The notes under the pieces: model-generated
Databases searched by the model: none
What the model was told of the DNA's origin: nothing
The model's input: the letters and a program-made list of their open reading frames with translations, nothing else
Made by a program: the position numbers and the translations under genes
Part shown: one piece after another, positions 22,790-36,989 of the stretch
Layout of the letters: each line of letters starts with the position of its first letter
Position numbering within the stretch: position 1 is the first letter of the stretch
Assembly (NCBI GenBank): GCA_043228905.1
Contig: JBHGNT010000017.1
Span: 4,030,001-4,094,000, forward strand
Direction: 5' to 3'
From: Azolla caroliniana
Taxonomy: Eukaryota; Plantae; Polypodiophyta
Length of the DNA: 64,000 bases

Positions 22790-25700
22790 GATTGAGAAGT
22801 TGAAAAGGGAAATCATTTGCCATGGTTCGGAAACACTGTAAGATCTATTTCAATAGCTGATGAATTCAGTCAGTACCCAATATTGTGTGCTGCTGTATAA
22901 TTGTTGATAAGCAATAGTGATATAATGTAATAAACAGCCACCATTCAAACATTGTATTCATATGAGACAACCCCTCCTATGCAAAAAGGATGTCTGCGGC
23001 TAAAATAACTCCATTAAGGTACTAATGAAAGTGAACTTAAACAAGTCTTAAATTATAGAAGCAAGAATATGGAAGAATGTTGGCCCATGTGCTGGGAATG
23101 TAATAAGACAATGTTACAACATATTTGCAAATTTTACTATAAATAACTTGACATCCTCTTGTGCAAACCTACAAGTATCCAGCATCCTTAGCCATTTACT
23201 GGAATGTTGATACTGAACCCTAATTTCATGTGTAACTACAGCAAGAAAAGAAAATCAAGAAGGGCTTTCTTGCCTTCCCAAACTTCTTGATAAGTTTTTC
23301 TGAAAACATTGTTGACCTCTTAACCCAGGTGAGAAAAAAAACCCAACTTGGATGGGTTGAGGTAGAGAGCTTTCAAAAAAAATCATCGTTCTGTTCTAGA
23401 ACCAATATCCAAATCGCTGAAAATGCATCTCAGCATGACCATTTTACTTCATTCAGTTGGTGATCTTTATGATGTCAGGTGGAAGAGACGGATATGGAAA
23501 CGAGATTCCATATGGAACCCCACATTTATCCTTCATTCTGCTCAAGAAACACATGTATATGGAAGAGAGATTCCATATCATCCCAATACATCTCACACTA
23601 GTATCAGTAGTCGTAGCAGCCGCAGCAGCAGTAGTAGTAAACTTGGGGAGCGAAACCTCTATGTGTGTTGTTAAATGAGGCCTTGTGGGCGGGCCAAGCA
23701 CTAGCCCAACCTTTGGTCTGTGCTTTGCTTCTTGGAAAAGATTGCTCAGACCACATCCTCTCCACTTGATGACCACAACATGTTCTCGCTTCAAGAATCA
23801 TGATGCCACCCACACTAAAGCTCGTGATGGATTTTGTACCTCACGTCAAAGGATCTCTTATGTTCATTATTGAGCATCAATGGTTGTACTCACCCTCCCT
23901 AAATGGGGAAGTCATCTAGTCTCACAAAAGTAAATTTTCGATGCTACTCGGACAAAAAAAGAAAAAGAAATCCAAATTTGCCCTAATGAAGATAGAGATC
24001 TCAAAATGCCCTAGGTTGTGACCCAAAAGATTTTGAAATTATGCATGCTACCAATTGGCAATCCACTTTTGATAAAGCTCTTGCTAGTCCTAGAACGTCT
24101 ACAAAATGGAAGGTGTTGGACATGGTGTTTTTTCAATGAGCTATGGAGGCTTTCCAATTTGGTCTACATGATTTTCATGGGCATAACCTTAATGACCAAT
24201 TCTAAAGCTAATTTTAATGGTTTAAGGGTAGGATAAGTGGAAAACAAGTTATCCTAGTACTTTGGAGAAACTCACGAGGATCTATGGTGCATGCAGACAC
24301 ATTATGGTCTTGGAATGTAAGTTGTTGAGCTATATAAAGGAGACTAGGTATCCCCTTTCTTCATTACAAAATCTTAGGACTATTCGTGAGCCAAACCTTT
24401 CTTTTTTCTGGATCCATTCATCTCAACATCCAAGGTATAACATAAGGTAATATTCGGTGGTATTGAAAATTGATGGTGTTTTATATTCACTCATTCTTTT
24501 TTAATCTAAATATTCATGGTTTATCATTAGTATTTTGAGTCCTAATGATGATGAGGTCTTTCCATGCATCCATCTTACAGCAACTTTAGGTTTAAATATC
24601 AAAATAAATTCCTTTATAGGAGAGGTGTCCACAGAAAACCGTAACTATGCATCCACATAAAAACCAATGTGAATCTAAGGGATGACTAGGTTTGTAGAAC
24701 TACATAGAGAATCATCATTAATGCCATCCTATGCTCAAGGTATGCAACCTACCTACTCTAATGATACAAGTTTATTGTCCTAGGCTCTAGCATTCAAAGG
24801 GTGATTCTTTTCAAATGAGTACTAATAGCCTACATATAGTCAAACTCCAATTTTTACCACATGGATAGAAGTAGATTGCTCTCTTTAATTTACATTTGTC
24901 ATTGAGTTATTATGTTCTAAACGTAAATGCATGGGTTGTTAGATCTTCAACTCTAACTCAATTCTTCTATATCATTCATAAGGAGTATCAAGATTTTGAG
25001 ATTTTGAAAACGCATGAAAAGCATACATGATATGGGGTTATTCATCTAAATGTTGAGTTGCTTCACAAATTTATATTTTCATCTTTCCATACTTGAAGTT
25101 ATGTTGGTGAATATGGTTAAATTTTACTCTTATTCTCACATGTGAATGTACACCTATGCATATACGCGTCGTAAATACAATCACATAGTGTTTGACCATT
25201 TAACTTCTTGAGTACAGTTATGCCCATGAAAGATCTTGTTTTCCAAAAATAAAAACCCCCTCATAATACAAATACATTTGACAACTTTTAAGTTTTACAA
25301 CTTGAGCGATTAAAAAAGTTTTGATTTTCAATATAGGCAAATAGATCTAGCTTTTTAAATGCATGTGCTATATATGTAGGATATTCATTTAACGAGTATT
25401 TTAATTTCATGCACTTCCTATCTCGTGTCATACCAGTATTATACATATCCGTGTAAACAATTCAAAATTTTAACGAGCACGATGCATCTGTCTCGTACAT
25501 GCATGATGAGTTATCGGCTGTAATGCACAATCTATGCGCACACATCCATAAAATAATTCCTTAAAACAAATATGCTTATTAATATGTTGGACGATTTTCT
25601 TGAATGTGAGGAGCATCCTTAAAAATAATGCTTTCTATTTGAAACTTGCTAGTTATCTTATAATGTAATAATGCTCGTGTTACATGGGAAATAATGACTT

Positions 25701-28700
25701 TGAATGAAATCGAGGATACCTTTCTCATGTCAAGTGTGATACCAAGGTAAAGTAGATACTTTAAGGAACTTCATTTGACTAAATATTTTCACACATTCTT
25801 CATGATTTCATTTGGTTTTGATCAATTCATAAGACAGTGAGACAATGTTGGGGCAAGTAACGTGTCTTGTTATCCGTTCCACTATGAAGTACAAATAACC
25901 TATAAAGTAATGCATGCCATCATTATTGCAACATGCCATTTGCATAGAATGATGGAGTAGTTAAGCTATCAATCATGCGAGGAGTATGTGAGCATAAAAG
26001 TAGATCTTTGAGTAGAATCCATTCAACCTCTTTTGTGTGGGGACGTGTGTGTGTGTGTGGGGGTCTTGGAGTTTGCGAAAAACGGTAAAAGAAAAGATGC
26101 AATGTTTGAAGCAAATGTTTTAAGTAACCATGCGAAATTGCATGCATATAGAAAGGAACAAGGTAATTTGTGACGAAAACAATGAGAGGACATGAGTATA
26201 TTGTGAAAGCAATGATATAAAACAATAGGTTGCATGAATTCTCGAAAGTGGGCTAGCTAACAAGAAGGCAAACGAATAACAAGCAAAGGTATACGCGTAC
26301 AACAAATGTTGGGAAAGTATATGGTTTGCCATTGAAAAAAGGAGAAGACCCACAAGATGTGAATTTCTCTTGCAATGTGATCACCTATGAATTAATAAAT
26401 TTAAGAGCATGATGAAAAAAAGTTAGTGGCACACGTCTTGCATGGTATGAATAAAAAGTAGATCAAGTTCAAGAGGAACTTCATCTCACCAACAATATTG
26501 CGTATCTTTGTTTAAATACTACAAAGGTGGGAAACGATTGCTAGAAAACCAAATCTTGCATGGCCCAGTTGATACACATTGACACGTTCACCATATATTT
26601 TAAGAGTACAATCATGGCCACTTTGCTTATTCATGTGCGTTGTAAGCAAAGGAATAGGAAATTGTTTATCCGTGGTATGAAATATAAGACAAATCGAAAA
26701 AGGGGTGGGGGATGTCTATTAATCAAAACAATCGAGAGAAACATTGAAACTTACTTGTGTGTGAATGTATGATGAGGTTAATTTGAATTCCATCAAGACA
26801 TCCATGTGTTGCATGAAATGGTCAAGTTTAAGAGAGTAATTAATGATAATGTTCAAGTGACAAGTTTGGATTGGGGGTCCTCTTTACAACAAGCTACTTT
26901 GATGTTGTAGATATGTACATACTACATATCTGTACAAATTGCATGCATAGCATACATCTAAGGGAATTTACCTAACATTTTATCGAATTCCCCTCTCCAT
27001 TCTGGCATAATCATATATATTAACCAAGAGTCTTCTAGTAACACAAAACTCAAAACCAACTAGCTTGTTATTATAATTGTTATTCCATGACATTTATTTA
27101 GGCATGCTTACATGAATACCACATTGAGATTATAAAACTGTATGTAAAGGTAAATGCAAGTAGGTAGGTTACGAGGGAATGTGCATACCTTGTATAAAGT
27201 ATGTAAGTACATTCGATGGAGTCATCATGGTAGCTTTTAAAAGATAAGTTACTTGAGTCCTATATTTGACATGTAAGAGTTCAAATATTAATATTTAACT
27301 TCATCATTAATATCCAATGAAATATATTTCAACACTTAAGTGAGCTATTAATGTTTAAGCTCTTACTTTTCAATAAAAGGGAACAACAAATTATTACTGT
27401 TATATGAGTATTTATAAGACTTGTAGCCTCTAGTGTCCAAAGTTGACATCACTCATCAAATTTATTCCTTGCTTGGGGTAGCAATTATCATCCAAAAAAA
27501 TGCAAGGTGATTGCTCGCAAATAATGGGCTTATCTATGGATTAAAAACTCGGAGTTGTCACGGACATGACATGTCACATGAGTAACATGTGAATATCTTA
27601 TTGCCAATATTATGGGATTCTATGTATAGGATGTGTACATAAAATAAAATAGTTCAAGCTTGAATGTCACGAGGATAATAACAAGAAGAAGAACAATGAC
27701 TTTTGGGTACATATATACAAGTTTAATCCGGGGAAAAGAAAAATGCATGCATGCATACATACATACATATATGCAAGTTATGTGAATTGTGAAGTTTTAG
27801 ATGTTATCAAGAAGAGGGCCCTATTTCAATCAACTTTGTGGATGTACATAACCCGTGCAAACTTTCAACTAAAGGTTAGGATGTACTTAATTGCATGCAG
27901 AGAAGAATCTCTACTCTCCACACTTCCATTTAAGTGTTTATATATTGCACTCATAATCAACTATTTTATGAGAAAAAAGTTGACAAATGCATCGAGGTCA
28001 TGCGTCTCATGCGTGCACCTATAGACATGGGTACTTGTGCTTGTGCGCGCGCGCACACACACACAGGTTGGATTTAAAATCAACACAAAGAGGCATATAG
28101 AAGTGAAATCAAGATCGCCAAAGGGCATGTGCACATGCCTTCATTGCTTGGCTCCTCATTACTGGAACATAAGATTGTCTTACATATACCATATGGTCAC
28201 ACATTGGAAACCATAGGATATTTCTGTGTTTTTTATATATTTCTACCATCAAATAGTATCCTAGTAAGACACAAGGCCTAGGGCAACAAATCATTCACTA
28301 GATTAATGTGATTGTTCTATACCAAGTCCAAATGTTACAAAGTGAGTAACAAGAATTCTCAAAAGTTTTCCCTATGGACCAATCAAGGTAAATGTTTGAA
28401 ATTTGTGGCAACAACCCAAAACTCAATTGGATCAATGAATGGTCTAAGTCAGTGACCTAGTCAAATATATATCCCATATATTCAACAAGCTATCAACACC
28501 GATAGTCCATTATCAGTTTTGTAGTTGCCACACATGACTCAATTTTAAAACATTTTTGTAATGCTCCTTAACATCAAACAAGCAAACATCGTAATGTAGT
28601 TTGTTACGAGGAGAGGTTGATTATTTTGCCCTTAGAAGGGTGTTGTATGACAAATTGTCACAATATTAAGGTCTCACCACACATGCTTGGATATATATAT

Positions 28701-29417
28701 ATATATATATGTGCAAATCGCATGAGATTAGTGGAATGCACGTGTATACATGTTCAAGTAGGAGTGGCAAAGTTATCATCATGAAAGGACTTCCTTGTTA
28801 GTGGATACATCATACATGGGAAGTGCATATGAAAAAGAATAAGAGCCCATGGGTGACTGATGTCGCAAAATGGCCACACGAGAATTGTTTCGTGGGTGGT
28901 CCACACGAGGTTCGGTTCTTGTAGGACAATGTTTCAAGGGTTCATGCGTGTACATATATGTATGAAGGTAAAAAAACAATTGGGCAACTCGGTAATGTAA
29001 GATAGAGCGAGAGTGGCAAGAGGGGCGTCTACCCTCATGAATCATGGCGGAGATGGGATGACATGTGCATAGACATGGTCGAACAACGAATGGATGGATT
29101 ATGTCTTCCCTTAAACCATGAATGTACGTATGTATGTATGTAGATCATGTCTTCCCTTAAACCATGTATGTACGTATGTATGTATGCATGCATGTATGTA
29201 TGTATGTATGTATGTATGTATGTATGTATAGATATGGTGGTCATTGCATCATTTTTTTGTTCATTTCATGAGTCATGAGCACATGTGGAAAAGAAATAGA
29301 AAAGAAATAAAAATAAAACATGAATTTCATTACTATTATTATAAATTATTATTATTATTATTATGATTTATTTTCAGCGTGAGAGTGACATGACATGAAG
29401 AAGCATGCAAAAAGCAA

Positions 29418-29729
29418 ATGCGTTCCTCTGTTCTCTCTCTCTCTCTTCTCTCTCTCTTCCCCTGTTCTCTCTCTTTCTCTCTTCCCTCTCTTCCCCTGTT
29501 CTCTCTCTCTCTCTCTTCTCTCTCTCTTCCCCTGTTCTCTCTCTCTCTCTCTTCTCTCTCTCTTCCCCTGTTCTCTCTCTCTCAGTGTCTGAGTCTCTTT
29601 TTGCTTTTGTTATTTTTGTTTTTCCTTTTCCTACTATATCATATATCATATATATGTATGTATTATGTACATACTCTGTTCCTGCTGCTGTCTCTGTCTC
29701 TTTCCTAAACATTCTCTCTTCCTTCGAGA

Positions 29730-29774
<45 letters not shown>

Positions 29775-29935
29775 CGCCATAACCATAACTATAACCTACC
29801 CTTCTCCTTCTCCTTCTTCTCCTGCTCCTTATTCCCTCTCCTGCTTTCCCCTTTTCCATTCATCTGTTCAGATTGAGAATCACCAGAGAAACAGAGCTAG
29901 CGAGATCAAGCTCTGAGAGAGAGAGAGAGAGAGAG
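29418..29935. repeat. (CT)n/(GA)n tracts with a higher-order unit of about 36 bp, in the VAL promoter/5' UTR
   Basis: cttctctctctcttcccctgttctctct is repeated about 4 times at 29445-29583. A long (CT)n lies at 29733-29771. Confidence 0.9.
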
Positions 29936-30894
29936 ATTCTCCCCCTCTCTCTCATTGCCTGTCCATATTCAATTCTTCATTTCTCATTATAGCTGTCTTC
30001 TTAATCGCTCATTGCCCCATCATCATACACACACACACACACACGCATATCAGACACATAACTGCATGATTAGACATTATCCTTCATCCCCCAAGCTCCG
30101 ATCTTTCTCATTTTTCCTGCTCACAATCTAGCAAAATAACGTCATGTAATCTCTTTTCATCTCTCCTATCTACAAGCAAATTTTACTATTTATTTATTCT
30201 TCCTATTTTTCTCTTATCAGAATTTCGCAAATAATCATTAATAATAACAATGAAACTTCTTCCTAATTTCAGTTGAACTTGAACCAGAACTAGCAAACGA
30301 AGACAAGCTTTTAGTAAACGCAGTTATCTCCATCTTAGATCTGCAGGTAATTATCACCAGACCCATCTTTAGATATGTTCATCCCTAAACATATACATAC
30401 ATATACATGTACGTATACGTATACTTACTTATACTTATGCGATATTAAGAGTTGATGAGACTAAGGAAAATACACATACACGTGTTGTACATATTTATGT
30501 GTGTTTGCGTGTATATGTATTTATGGTGCGAAGGATCGATGCGATTAAAGGAAACTTCATGCATGTTGTGTACGATATCATTTATGTGTGCTATGTTTCA
30601 GATGATATTAAACAGTATAAATGCCTTCTTTTTCGAGATTTTCTTGTTTTAAAAGATAGATATACGAAGTTAAGGAGTGTATTTTACTATAAAGGAAACG
30701 CATACAGTGTTAAGGTATCCATTTATCACAGAGCTCAAGTTCTGGCCAAGTTTCTAGAAATCGGAGGAGAGTTACAGAAGATTAGGTCATGGAATCAAGA
30801 GGTAATGTAAGATTGTAAAACTTGCTTAGATTTGTTTTCAAGAATTGTTTAAAATGATGCGGATAGGACAACGCATGAAGTTCAAGGGAAAAAA

Positions 30895-33800
30895 ATGGCT
30901 GTTTCAGGTGATAATAGCATAGGAGAAAGGAACTCAGGAACGGACTCAAACAAAGGAAACATCAATTTTATGGAAGGTACCGAAGTTGAGAGCAATGTTG
31001 CATTGCAGAATGGGAATATATACACGAATATATCAACAAAATCTAAAGAAGATTACACCATATCGATTGATGTGAGAGAAAATATTGCCCTTGAGGATGG
31101 TGGGTTTCCCCTTGCCGGAGTGATGTCAAGCTCACATAGTGATTCTGATATTAGACGGCTAAAACCTTTGCTTGAGATTGATAATAACTCCACTAAATCA
31201 TCATCATCATCTACACCATGTGGTAGAGAAATGATGCATTCTCTAGTGGATGAACGAAGGATAGCTGGTAACACATGCTTAACAATGTCATTAGGCTTAT
31301 ACCAGGCGAAAGCTTCAGACATGGACACAAATGGTCCAAATATTACAAATGGTGCTAACTGTACAAATGGTACAAACGGCCACAGTGTATATAACATGCC
31401 TGGGATGTTTATGAGTCCATTTGAACTTAACACTGAAGAAAGGAATCAATTTAAGATGTCTGGGTGTGCTAACCCTAGACAACTTCTTCAGAAGCATCAT
31501 CATATGAATCAATTGAGCCACCCGGATACTTTTGAGCAATCTCAACTTCAAGTGATAAGCCGATCTGAGACACCTAATGCTTCTCCACATGTGCCTATTC
31601 GAGTCGCAAGGCCACCGATTGAGGGTCGGGGTCGGAATCAATTGCTTCCTCGCTATTGGCCACGCATTACCGATCAAGAGCTCCAACAAATCACGGCTAG
31701 AGAGTATCCTTATGCATTTATAAACATTTATTTTTTATATATTGTGGGTCTGTTTGTTTTTGTTTATTTTGAGATATCCTTGATATAGTATGCAGCTCTA
31801 ATTCTACCATCACTCCACTTTTCGAGAAGATGTTGAGTGCAAGTGATGCAGGGAGAATAGGAAGGCTTGTTCTCCCCAAAGCTTGTGCAGAAGTAAGAAT
31901 ACATTCCTTTGTCTGCTTAGAGGTCTCGAGGTCATAAATCCTCATTATGTTGTAAAATAAGGAAAAAGCATTGAATTGGTAAATATCTTCTTTGGCACAT
32001 TCACATCCGAGCTCTTCTTAGAGAAGCGTTTACTAATGGCAGGCTTATTTTCCACCTATTTCGCAACCTGAAGGTGTATCTCTAAAAATTCAAGATGTAT
32101 CTGGCAAAGATTGGGTTTTCCAGTTCCGATTTTGGCCCAATAATAACAGTCGTATGTATGTCTTGGAGGGTGTCACACCATGCATTCAATCAATGCAGCT
32201 CCAAGCCGGTGATACTGGTATATAGGAACGTTTGGATGCTATGTTATTATAGTCTATATTTGGAGACATGTATGGCCTTGATTCTTGCTCAATGTAATGC
32301 AGTAACATTCAGCCGGCTAGATCCCGAAGGAAAACTTGTGATGGGTTTTCGGAAAGCGCCCAGCTCATTGAGCTCACAGGTATTAAATTAGAGTATTTCA
32401 TTTTATGAAGGATGTGAAAACATGCTACCATTTATTCATTTAGGAGTGTTTTTGGACAAAATAACTCGTACTGTATGCTTTCCTAGTTCTCTGTAGGCAT
32501 CAAGAATATTCTGAGGTTTGATAAAGTGTACACTGTATACAGTGTAATAAGATTGTAATTTTTTTATTAATATAAGCGTTATCCAAGGTTATTGAGAATT
32601 GTATCATCCTCAATGCTGGTTATTACACAGGAAACAGCAGGGACACCAGGAGTACCTTCCTTTATCAACAATGGTAGCATCGACAGTTTCCCTACCATTT
32701 CAAGCCTTACTGGTCTCCTCTCCCAATCTGTAAAGAATTCTGAGGCTCGAGCAAATGGGCATTTGAATGTTTCAGACACGGGTTATGGATGGTATAATAA
32801 GGCAGAAAAAGGGGGACTGAAAGTGAAAGAGGGTTCTCTTTTTCAATCGTTGCTAGCTGGTGATAAGAAGTCAAGGCCTCCAAGCTCAAAGAACAAGAGG
32901 CCGAGCACAGATGAAGCTGTGGAATTTCGGATCACATGGGAAGAAGCCCAAGATTTGCTTCGATCTCCACCAAATGTTTCTCCGAACATTGTCACAATCG
33001 AGGGATTTGTGTTTGAAGAGTACGAGGTGCATTTTATTTTCCTCATTATATGAGGGGTATGAATTTGAAGCATATCAAGTTGTGCATTGTTTCTCTACTT
33101 ATGAAGCTTAAGAAGGACTTTGTACTCTCCGTTATCATTATCATGAGACCTAATAGCCATTGTTCCTTTTCTATGCACATTTGACATGATATAAATCATG
33201 TAGGATATGTTGATACACTTTAATACTTATCTCCATGAAGATGTGTATGGATATTGCATTCTGCAAATCTCAACTTGTTTGTTGAAGTAAGAATTGGATC
33301 ATTTTTTTCATTTGTGTACTGTGCTTTACAGGAACCACCAGTGTTTGGGAAAAGAACCATTTTTACGAGCAAGATTCTCGGGTAAGCTCTGGGACAGAAC
33401 ATATTCTATCCTGTTCTGGCAAGGAAATGCTGACAGCTATTTTGGAAACATAAATAATCTTGTTGTTTCAAAGATTCTATTCATATTATAATAATGCTGA
33501 ATGATAAGCCTAATGATAGGCCTGGGGAGGACCAATGGGCACAATGTGATGATTGTGGCAGCTGGCGCAAGGTACCGTCCAGTGTGTTTTTGCCGACAAA
33601 ATGGGTGTGTGCCGACAATATTTGGGACACAGAAAGGTTATATCACTTTCTCTCTTCTGACAACCTGGGGTCATTTTCTACATTCAACTGCAAAGCATTT
33701 TCTCTTTAGCTGCTAATTTCTTGTTTTTATTATTATAGGAACTCTTGTAATGATCCGCAAGAAATTGACAGTGAGGAGATCGAATGTTTAGTACAACATG

Positions 33801-35030
33801 TGAAGGGTAACAAATATTATTACTCTTATCTACCAGATAGGCTCTAATATCCCCCTTCCCTCCTATTAAGAGGGAAAGTACTTGGCACTTGGCAGCTAAT
33901 GAGCATATTGAAAAGTACTTGGCACGTGATAAGTTAGTTAAGAGCATCATGTAGACAATGAAAATTGCTCTGTACATAGTTGAGCTAATCAGATCCAGAC
34001 AAGTGAAGAAAACTCATCTTAACCATGCATTCCTTTGATATGTAAAACATACTTGCATCAATTCTCTGCCCTGCTAACCAGTATGGCATCTTTGTTTGCA
34101 GATATAAAGAAACCAGAGGTGGTCGAACTGCCCAAGACAAATGAGCCGTTGTCTGGTCTTGAGGCATTAGCAAATGCGGCTACAGATACAGCTGGGGAAA
34201 ATAGTACTGTACCTTTGTCTCCTGCCACTACAACCAAACACCCTCGCCATCGTCCTGGTTGTAGTTGCATTGTCTGTATACAGCCTCCTAGTGGGAAAGG
34301 GCCGAAGCACAAGCCCACTTGCACTTGTAATGTGTGCATGACAGTGAAGAGGAGGTTCAAAACTTTGATGATGCGTCGCAAAAAACGGCAATTGGAAAGG
34401 GAAGCTGAACATGCTGCCAGAAAGAAAAGGCCATGGACTAAGGAAGATAGTGTTGGGGATGTAGGTAGTGGTGGTGGAAATTGGAAAAATGAGAGTTACC
34501 TTTTGGCTGAGGGCATCCCACGACGACAAGGAAACCTCAGTATGACCTTACCTAATATGTTGCCGATGGCTTCCAATTTACCACCTAATGCTAACGGATA
34601 TAGGTTCTCTTCAAATATGCCATTACAACCTCCATATGCCTCTACAGTTATCAACTTTATCGATGAATTCAAAGGTCATTTTGATCTTAATGGTCAACCT
34701 GAAAGGGATGAGGAAATGCACAAAAGTGCTTTTAGAATGAGCATGATGCGACTGCTACAAAGTGCGAGCCATCCATTAGAGAGCTACTTGAAAGAACAAG
34801 GCTTGACGAGCCTGATAGGCACTCAGCAACAATTCATGCATCCGTCAATGAGCTTTAGTAGAAGTGTCACTGAACGAGAAGCCGAGAGGCATCATAATAC
34901 TATGAACTATGCAACAACTCCGACAAGCTTAGAGAGAATGCAAGGTGAAGATCATCTATACATGACTTTGGGAATGCCAAGATTCAGTACACCAGAAGGT
35001 TCTCTTCCCCCTACACTCATGCATTATTGA
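30895..35030 (+). CDS. VAL: VAL/HSI2-family B3 transcriptional repressor with CW zinc finger and EAR motif, 9 coding exons (30895-31703, 31796-31892, 32043-32217, 32303-32379, 32631-33026, 33332-33381, 33520-33636, 33739-33806, 34102-35030)
   Basis: [21 protein letters not shown]; B3 domain [30 protein letters not shown]...[16 protein letters not shown]; CW finger [13 protein letters not shown]; [24 protein letters not shown]; EAR motif FDLNGQP. Junction phases are consistent. The start codon is less certain. Confidence 0.93.
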
Positions 35031-36989
35031 AATTGGTGTAAATCTAATAATGGGTTTAATTGGGGTTGGTCGCCCACTAAGAGCAGAAAAGAAGTTTTAA
35101 CGTATAATTTTGTTTACAGATTAAGGACGAGGGTGGTTCTGACCTTGTTTCCTCGGAATTAGTGTATATAATATGTACATTTATTTTTGGTACCACAAAA
35201 GAATCACAAATTTTAAGAAAGCAGAAAGCATCCTTCTAATGGGATGTAAAATTCAATCAAGGGATATTATTGATGTTATTGAGAGGTTGGTTTTGAGGTA
35301 GTCCATGATGGCAATTAAGTTCACATGGAAATCCGTTTGAGGATTCAATCTCAAATGAAAACAATGAACCAAATTGGTTTTAAGGAGCTTTGAGTTATTT
35401 GAAGTGGTCATTTAGAGTTATTGGTTCAAGTGCAAAGCATTCAAGGCTTTTGACATATCTTCAAGTGGCACATCTGCGGACTTTGTTAGCCTAATTCATG
35501 TTCAGCTATGCCACTTCGTATAGTGGAAATTGCACTGTCGTATGATAAGGGATTCGTTTGAGATAGGAGAAATTTTGTTAAGGTTTTTGGGGAAGGTGTA
35601 AAATAGAACCCCCAAATTTCAGTATATTCTTCAAAGTTGATGCAAGCTTTTAACATAATCAACGTACTTCTTTTTCTTACTGATCAAATACAATGAGGAA
35701 CCCATAGAATTTGGATTGGATTCGTATATTACTGGGTATTAGTTATTAAAACTATCAAGTGTTCTTTGGATAATTCTACTCTCTCATTTATCTTTACTTA
35801 AATGTATTGTTCCATCTTCTTTCAATCATGATACGTGGAAGACATGTACACTACCACATAATTTGCGTCATAAGTTGACCCTGTTTCTCTACTCATGATG
35901 GTAGAGAATTCTTTGTATATTGTACACCTTCATGTTTCATAGGTTTGAATGATCTTTGAACGTGTACATTTTCTCTGTCTCTTTCTCTCTCATGGTAGTG
36001 GGGAAAATGCTTAGAATGCCTTTGATAACATGGGGTTTTAACAATATGTGAGCGTGTTAAAGATTGTAATTATCAACCTTTAGAGCACATAAAATTCACA
36101 AGTAATTTCTATATTTCAGCACAGCTTCTATGATGTTTTAACTCTATGCAAGAGTCCACATTTCAAGGCTGATCTTTAGAGTATTTGACTGTTTCATGCC
36201 AACATCTTGAACATCGACTTGTGTCACTTGAAGTGACACCTTTACCTCATCCCATGTTAAAGAATTGGAAGGTATACCTACTACCTTGGAACACAACTAC
36301 AAGCCAACCATTGGGGTATGTTGGGGGCCTTTTAGTTGCTCCCCTACTTGCCTATTTGTTGATAGTTTTAAGTATCATATGTATTTGCCCCACAAGGATA
36401 GTTTGTGAAGAGAGAGAGAATGATAGAATCACCTCATACCATAAAACTATGAAACTACCAAACCTTATTAATTATGAAATGAAAAGAATCCAGAATCCAA
36501 CCACTGGAAAGATAAATGTCGAAAACAAGATATAGATGAGGATTATAGATAAAGGGTTCAAGAAGATAAATCAACTGTGCAATATTTTCAATGCAAAGAT
36601 GCAACTCTAGAGCAAAAGCCTATTTCAAAAGAGATTGCTGTAACCATAAACTAGTGGAACAAGGGAATCGTTCAGGCATGAAAGCTATTTTGACAGTTGC
36701 CAGAATAACATGGTGGATCAACAAGAAGGGAAGATTTATCATCTTCTCCAAGAATACCCATTCAAACAAAGACACTCTTGAGAAAACAAAAGTTCCAACT
36801 TCTAGAATAGGATAATTCCTTCCATTCTGTATTCGAACACCCCTTTTATTATAAAGTGGACAACTGATTTTTGCTTTGCACTTCTTTGCTTGTGCCCTGA
36901 GCAGAAGGGAAGGTTTTAGAAAGACTCTTGTCATCAGAGGTTTGGCGTGAGTTAAAAGAAAGCTTATGTTCAATATTTGAGAATGGCAA

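Noticed and set aside
24000-28700. AT-rich intergenic stretches with short ORFs (also 8000-12400, 39480-39900, 54100-59000)
   Set aside because: No recognisable domain or splice-consistent model by eye. Probably decayed TEs, but unassignable without BLASTX or RepeatMasker.
31053-34529. Antisense ORFs over VAL, UGT, CRK and integrase exons
   Set aside because: Shadow frames of real coding sequence with no independent motifs.
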